This document shows, piece by piece, positions 59,600 through 64,000 of a stretch of 64,000 nt of DNA. This DNA is from Thermoplasmata archaeon. Lineage in GTDB: Archaea > Thermoplasmatota > Thermoplasmata > Lutacidiplasmatales > UBA184. The position numbers and the translations under genes were made by a program. The stretch spans positions 7,980 through 71,979 of the forward strand of contig JAKAYT010000003.1 of assembly GCA_021826685.1 (NCBI GenBank), read 5' to 3'. The stretch's first letter is position 1, and each line of letters opens with the position of its first letter. A model generated the notes under the pieces. That model saw only the letters and a list, made by a program, of their open reading frames with translations, ran no database searches and was not told the DNA's origin.

Positions 59600-60661
59600 T
59601 CAGGTCGCGATCAGCGCCGTCAGGTAGGAGGGCAGCGCGGGAAGGCCGGGGGCGAGGTAGCCGACCGAGCCGTAGACCCAGACCGACGGTGTCGGGACGA
59701 GACCTTCCGAGGCCCAGACCCGTAGGGTCGAGTTCGACACCAGCCACGCCGCGAAGCTGTCGCCCAGGGCGGGGTCCGGTGCGTTGGAGGGGACGGCGAG
59801 CGCGAAGATCGCGGGAGCGCCGGCGACGACCTCGGTCGAGGTACCGGAGAGGACGGTCGTGCGGGCGCTCCCGTACGCCGCGACGTCGCTCGCGGTAGTC
59901 CCTCCTAGATTGACGGATTCGTTCAGGGTGGTGTAGGTCAGGCCTTCCGCTCTCGCGTACGATTCGTAGATGAGATAGGCCTGGACCTCGCCGATCGAGA
60001 GCGCAACGCTCGCATCGTTTTCCACCACGTAGCGGGTGTTCGCCGTCGGCCCGGCGAACCCCCCCATCGATCCCGTGAAGAAGTGGTGGTAGAGCGACCC
60101 GTCCAGGCCCGCGAGGCGGTCCTGGAGCTCGATCGTGATGATCGCGTTGACGCCCAGGGGATCGGAGCTCGCGTTGGCGACCCCGAGGACGATCCCGTTG
60201 CCGACGATCTTCTCGTACCAGTTCGACGAGGTAACGCCCGAGAGAGCGCTGGGGTTGTAAGCTAGGACCACGGGGTCGCTCGCAAAGACCGCCTCCCCCG
60301 TTGCGTATGGTGGGACGTTGGCCATGAGCGCCTCGGGGATCACGCGATAATCGGCGGAGACGAAAACGTCGTACGGCGAGGCCAAGCCGGCGGATACGAT
60401 CGCCGTCGCGTCCGCATTGCTGCCTTGGTAGAGCTGCGCGGTCCGCGGTGAGGCGATCCCGGGGGTCTGGTTCACGAACGCGGAGACCAGCGACGGCAGG
60501 AGCGGCGTGGGGCTAAGGCTGCCGGCCGCGATGACACCGAGCGTCCGGATCGACCCATTCGCGCTCGAGGCCGGGTGCGCGTACCACCCTCCCGCGAACC
60601 CCGCCCCGATCGCGACCGCGGCGAGGACAACGATGACCGCGTTGCGGAGGACCGGCCGCAT
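59600..60661 (-). CDS. wtpA: Tungstate/molybdate ABC substrate-binding protein
   Basis: N-terminal anchor, AAGSL, DVFVSAD, DPLG, YES.A, VNLG. Confidence 0.82.
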   Translation of the reverse strand: MRPVLRNAVIVVLAAVAIGAGFAGGWYAHPASSANGSIRTLGVIAAGSLSPTPLLPSLVSAFVNQTPGIASPRTAQLYQGSNADATAIVSAGLASPYDVFVSADYRVIPEALMANVPPYATGEAVFASDPVVLAYNPSALSGVTSSNWYEKIVGNGIVLGVANASSDPLGVNAIITIELQDRLAGLDGSLYHHFFTGSMGGFAGPTANTRYVVENDASVALSIGEVQAYLIYESYARAEGLTYTTLNESVNLGGTTASDVAAYGSARTTVLSGTSTEVVAGAPAIFALAVPSNAPDPALGDSFAAWLVSNSTLRVWASEGLVPTPSVWVYGSVGYLAPGLPALPSYLTALIAT

Positions 60662-60709
60662 GGATGTGGGACAATCCCACATCCATTTCAAGCCTTTCCG
60701 CCGCCCCGC

Positions 60710-62239
60710 TTACGATCGAGGCGCCCGCTCGAAGGGGACCTCGCCCAAGAGCGTCCCGGTGCCGATGGCATCGGCGATGAGTTCGATCTCGCCCGACGGG
60801 CTGTGATCCTTGGTCCACGGGCCGACCCGAAACCGAAGCGCCGCGAGCGCGGCCTCGCTTCCCCGGCCCCCCCGTCGAGGTCGGCGGAGCTCTAGCGCTT
60901 GCCCCGCGACGATCCACTCGATGGCCACGATCCGCCGGGCGTTGCCTAGGATGCGATGCAGCTTCGCGCCGGCCCACGCTCCCATGCTGACGAAATCCTC
61001 CTGGTCCGCGGACGTGGGAATGCTCTGCGCGCTCGCGGGATGGGCGAGCGTCGCGTTCTCGTTGACGAGCGCCGCGGCGACGGTCTGCGGGATCATGAAG
61101 CCGGATTGGAGCCCTCCGGCGGGCGCGAGGAACGCCGGAAGTCCCCGGTTGAGCGCGGGGTGGACGAGCCGGGAGATCCTCCGCTCCGAGAAGGCGCCGA
61201 GGGTGTGGATCGCGAGCGCGAGCGAATCCATTGCCCAGGCGAGAGACTGGCCATGGAAGTTCCCACCGTTGACGAACTCCCCTTGGAGGAGGAGGGGGTT
61301 GTCGGTCGTTGCGTTGAGTTCCCCGTCCAGGACCGCGCGGGCCGCCCGGAGGGCGTGGCCCACCGTGGCCAACACCTGCGGAATGCAACGGAGCGTGTAG
61401 GGGTCCTGGCCGATCCACTCGGCGCGCCGGATCGCGAGCTCGCTATCGGCGAGGAGCGAACGCATCGAGCGGGAGATCGCCCGCTCCTCGGGAGCGTTCC
61501 GAGCCTCTCCGAGGCGATCGTCGAAGCACTCCGGCGAGCCTTGAAGGGCATCGAAGGTGATTCCGGCGGCAATCATGCTCGCCTCCAGAAGAGCCCGGGA
61601 CTGGTCGACTCCGAGCGCGAGGTAGCTCGTCATCAGCGCCGTTCCGTTGACGAGACCGAGCCCTTCCTTCTCCCGAAGCTCGAGTGGGGGGATGCCGGCC
61701 CGATTCAGGACCGCCATCGCGGGCTCGATCCGACCGTCCGGGCCCACGAACTCCCCTTCGCCGGTGAGCGCGAGCGCCAGGTGGGCGAGGGGGGCCAAGT
61801 CCCCGGACGCGCCGACCGAGCCGCGTTCGGGCACTCGAGGAGTGAGGTGGTCGTTCAGCAGGTCCAGCAGGCGCTCGATTACTTCGGGTCGAACCCCCGA
61901 CTGACCGCGGGCGAGCGAGTTCGCTCGCAGGAGGATCATGCCCCGGACCACGTCCTCGCCTAGGGCGGGGCCCACCCCGCTCGCGTGGCTCGCGATGAGC
62001 CCGTGCTGGAGCTCTCGGGCGCGAGACGGGTCGATCCGTTGGTTTGAGAGCGCCCCGAAACCGGTCGTCACGCCGTACACGGGCGCTCCACGGGCGACGA
62101 TTCCCTCCACATCGCGGCGAGAGGCCTCGACACGCGAGCGAGCCTCGGGCGGGAGCTGGACGCGGGCACCGCCCCGGACGACGGCGAGGAACCCCTCGAG
62201 ATCGAGGGATTGGCCGTCCACCGGTACCGTGCGAACCAT
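60710..62239 (-). CDS. hutH: Histidine ammonia-lyase
   Basis: VYGVTTGFG, GSVGASGDLAPL (MIO), QDPYTLRC, GGNFHG, QEDFVSMG. Confidence 0.95.
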   Translation of the reverse strand: MVRTVPVDGQSLDLEGFLAVVRGGARVQLPPEARSRVEASRRDVEGIVARGAPVYGVTTGFGALSNQRIDPSRARELQHGLIASHASGVGPALGEDVVRGMILLRANSLARGQSGVRPEVIERLLDLLNDHLTPRVPERGSVGASGDLAPLAHLALALTGEGEFVGPDGRIEPAMAVLNRAGIPPLELREKEGLGLVNGTALMTSYLALGVDQSRALLEASMIAAGITFDALQGSPECFDDRLGEARNAPEERAISRSMRSLLADSELAIRRAEWIGQDPYTLRCIPQVLATVGHALRAARAVLDGELNATTDNPLLLQGEFVNGGNFHGQSLAWAMDSLALAIHTLGAFSERRISRLVHPALNRGLPAFLAPAGGLQSGFMIPQTVAAALVNENATLAHPASAQSIPTSADQEDFVSMGAWAGAKLHRILGNARRIVAIEWIVAGQALELRRPRRGGRGSEAALAALRFRVGPWTKDHSPSGEIELIADAIGTGTLLGEVPFERAPRS

Positions 62240-62294
62240 GCGGCGCGCTCGGTTCCCTCGGCGACCGTCCGAGCCTAGGGAAGGGGAGGGCCGT

Positions 62295-62825
62295 CTAGGC
62301 CGCCGGGACGACGAGATCTCCGCCCGACTTCTGGTGGGAGGGGATCTTGCGAGTAGCGACGTTCTTTGTCTTCCAGAAGATCTCGGCGAACTCTTGGACC
62401 TCGTTGAGCAGTTCCTGGGCGTCGGCCAGAGCGATTCCTTGGCGCGCTTTCGAAGCCTGCTTGAAGATCTTGAAGACGAGGTCGCTGGTCTGGGGGAAGG
62501 CCTTGAGGTGGTCGGCGGTGAAGTAGTCGCCAAAGATGACCCGGATCTCGTGCTTCGCCTTCTCGGCGTGGAGTTCCTTGACCGCGGTGAAGCGCGCAAT
62601 CTTTTCGTTGTAGAGCTGGATCTCTTCGGGCTTCGCGCCCGGGGCCGGCGGGGTGGTCTCCGCAATCATCTGATCCATCCGGATCACGGTCAGTGCGGCG
62701 ATCTGCGCCTCATGGGGGTCGTAGATACCGCAGGGGATGTCGCAGTGGGCGTAGACGGTCTCGGGTCGTCCGGCCAAGGCACGGACGATATTGGTCGCTC
62801 GATCATACCACCGAAGGGCGGACAT
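62295..62825 (-). CDS. sodN: Nickel superoxide dismutase precursor
   Basis: Leader ending VYA, then Ni-hook HCDIPCGIYDP; GDYF; FWKTK. Confidence 0.97.
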   Translation of the reverse strand: MSALRWYDRATNIVRALAGRPETVYAHCDIPCGIYDPHEAQIAALTVIRMDQMIAETTPPAPGAKPEEIQLYNEKIARFTAVKELHAEKAKHEIRVIFGDYFTADHLKAFPQTSDLVFKIFKQASKARQGIALADAQELLNEVQEFAEIFWKTKNVATRKIPSHQKSGGDLVVPAA

Positions 62826-62866
62826 GGCTTGGGCATCTCGGAAGGAGCCATAAGGTGAGCAGGTCG

Positions 62867-63262
62867 ATGCCGATCGCATTCAAGGGAGCTACGACCCCGC
62901 CCCCCCTCGGGCGCCGCCTACGTAGCCTGATCTTTGACGTCGTGGACGAGAGCATGAGGCCCCTGCTGAAGGCAGGGGACCGCATTCTGGTGGACACCGC
63001 GGCCTATCGCCACCGCGTGCCCGAGGTGGGGGACATCGTCGTCTTCCGAGATCCTCAGGAGCCGCGCCGTCGCTTGGTCAAACGGGTCGCGGCACCGGTG
63101 GATCCGACCCGCGGAGGGGGCGTATCCGTCCTTGGCACCGATCCCGAACACAGCCGGGACAGCCGGAGTTTTGGGCCGGTTCCACCCCGGCTCATTCTCG
63201 GAAAGGCATGGTACCGAACGGGTCCTGCGGGGCGCGAAGGATCGCTTGAGCAGGTGAGGTAG
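62867..63262 (+). CDS. sodX: NiSOD maturation protease (S26 family)
   Basis: ESMRPLL (Ser), GDIVVF, LVKRV (Lys), SRDSRSFGPV; adjacent to sodN; start uncertain. Confidence 0.88.
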   Translation: MPIAFKGATTPPPLGRRLRSLIFDVVDESMRPLLKAGDRILVDTAAYRHRVPEVGDIVVFRDPQEPRRRLVKRVAAPVDPTRGGGVSVLGTDPEHSRDSRSFGPVPPRLILGKAWYRTGPAGREGSLEQVR

Positions 63263-63362
63263 CCCTTGAGACGCCCGCCTCTACGAGAGGGAAGGCACCG
63301 GCGGACGTCTCCGGGTCTCTTGGACGGTGCCACCAAGAGACGCCGCGCCGATGCCCGAGGCC
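63262..63362 (-). ncRNA. Candidate structured RNA of unknown family
   Basis: Several long helices, a 7-nt loop complementarity, mismatches that read as G-U only on the minus strand, and a TATA-like box at 63386-63393. Confidence 0.45.
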
Positions 63363-63430
63363 ATTCTACACAATTCCCCGACCTCCTATATAGTTATCCC
63401 GCCCCTGGGAATGTGCGTTCCGGCCGTTTT

Positions 63431-63913
63431 CTAGCTCGCTTTTCGATGCGGGTGGCGATGTCCGGTGCTTCCACCGACGATCGAAGGGCTCGTGATCGAG
63501 TAGTCTCCAAAGGCGATACCGCGGATACCACGTAGGTCCTCGGCGGCCCGCGCCAATTCCCGACGGCTACCGGCCATGCCTAGGACCTCCATGCACGAGT
63601 CGCCGTGAAGGTGAACGTGCCCGGAGAACCGGATGTGGTCGCCCCAACGGTGCTCTTCCGCGACGAGGCGGCGCAGGACGCTGGGCGCATCGTGACGATA
63701 CAGTAGGGTCACCGTGGCGACCGAATCCGCCTCCGGGTTCCCCAGCGCCTGCTCCGAGAGCTCCTTCCGTATCAAGGTGCGAATAGCATCGGAACGGCTC
63801 GGAGAGTTCCGTTCGCGCACCCAAGAATCCAAGAGGCGCAGCAGTCCGGGCTCGAGCGATACGCCGATGCGCGCGACATATTCCTTTCGCTTGCTGCGGT
63901 TGGTTCCTCGCAT
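63431..63913 (-). CDS. nikR: Nickel-responsive regulator NikR
   Basis: RHH RIGVSLEPGLL..SRSDAIR; H..HVH..CME nickel ligands. Confidence 0.92.
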   Translation of the reverse strand: MRGTNRSKRKEYVARIGVSLEPGLLRLLDSWVRERNSPSRSDAIRTLIRKELSEQALGNPEADSVATVTLLYRHDAPSVLRRLVAEEHRWGDHIRFSGHVHLHGDSCMEVLGMAGSRRELARAAEDLRGIRGIAFGDYSITSPSIVGGSTGHRHPHRKAS

Positions 63914-64000
63914 GGTAGTTCCCCCTCCAAGACCGGTAGGCCCTTCACGTTACGCCGCACGCGGGGGTCGTTCCATGGCGCGGGGCCACCGCTTCGGTGC

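Noticed and set aside
60710..62665. 651-aa HutH with long N-terminal extension
   Set aside because: Extension is an off-frame reading of sodN; homology starts at 62239

Overview
High-GC archaeal chromosomal segment. Archaeal markers are RadA, rpl7ae-rps28e-rpl24e, archaeal TyrRS, a 7S-type SRP RNA, AbrB-PhoU, split MetE and TATA-like promoters; a Thermoplasmatota origin is my inference and is not proven. It holds about 70 genes: amino-acid metabolism (class III aminotransferase, GlnA, GlyA, cystathionine gamma-lyase, HutH, DAO-family oxidoreductases, split MetE), translation and repair, a W/Mo ABC transporter, tRNA-Leu(CAG) and SRP RNA. I saw no CRISPR array, transposase or integrase. Most notable: (1) a Cas4-like nuclease split into two translationally coupled, membrane-anchored polypeptides with its four Fe-S cysteines shared 1+3, between rpl24e and ndk; (2) a U32-family Fe-S protein head-to-head with a divergent chorismate-mutase-like gene, suggesting a self-supplied prephenate-dependent hydroxylation module; (3) an archaeal sodN-sodX-nikR nickel-SOD locus that also contains a ~100-nt structured, switch-like RNA candidate with a TATA-like box; (4) a Fur-like protein lacking its DNA-binding domain and several apparent pseudoenzymes. 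All calls come from manual motif recognition; no searches were run and many start codons are best guesses.
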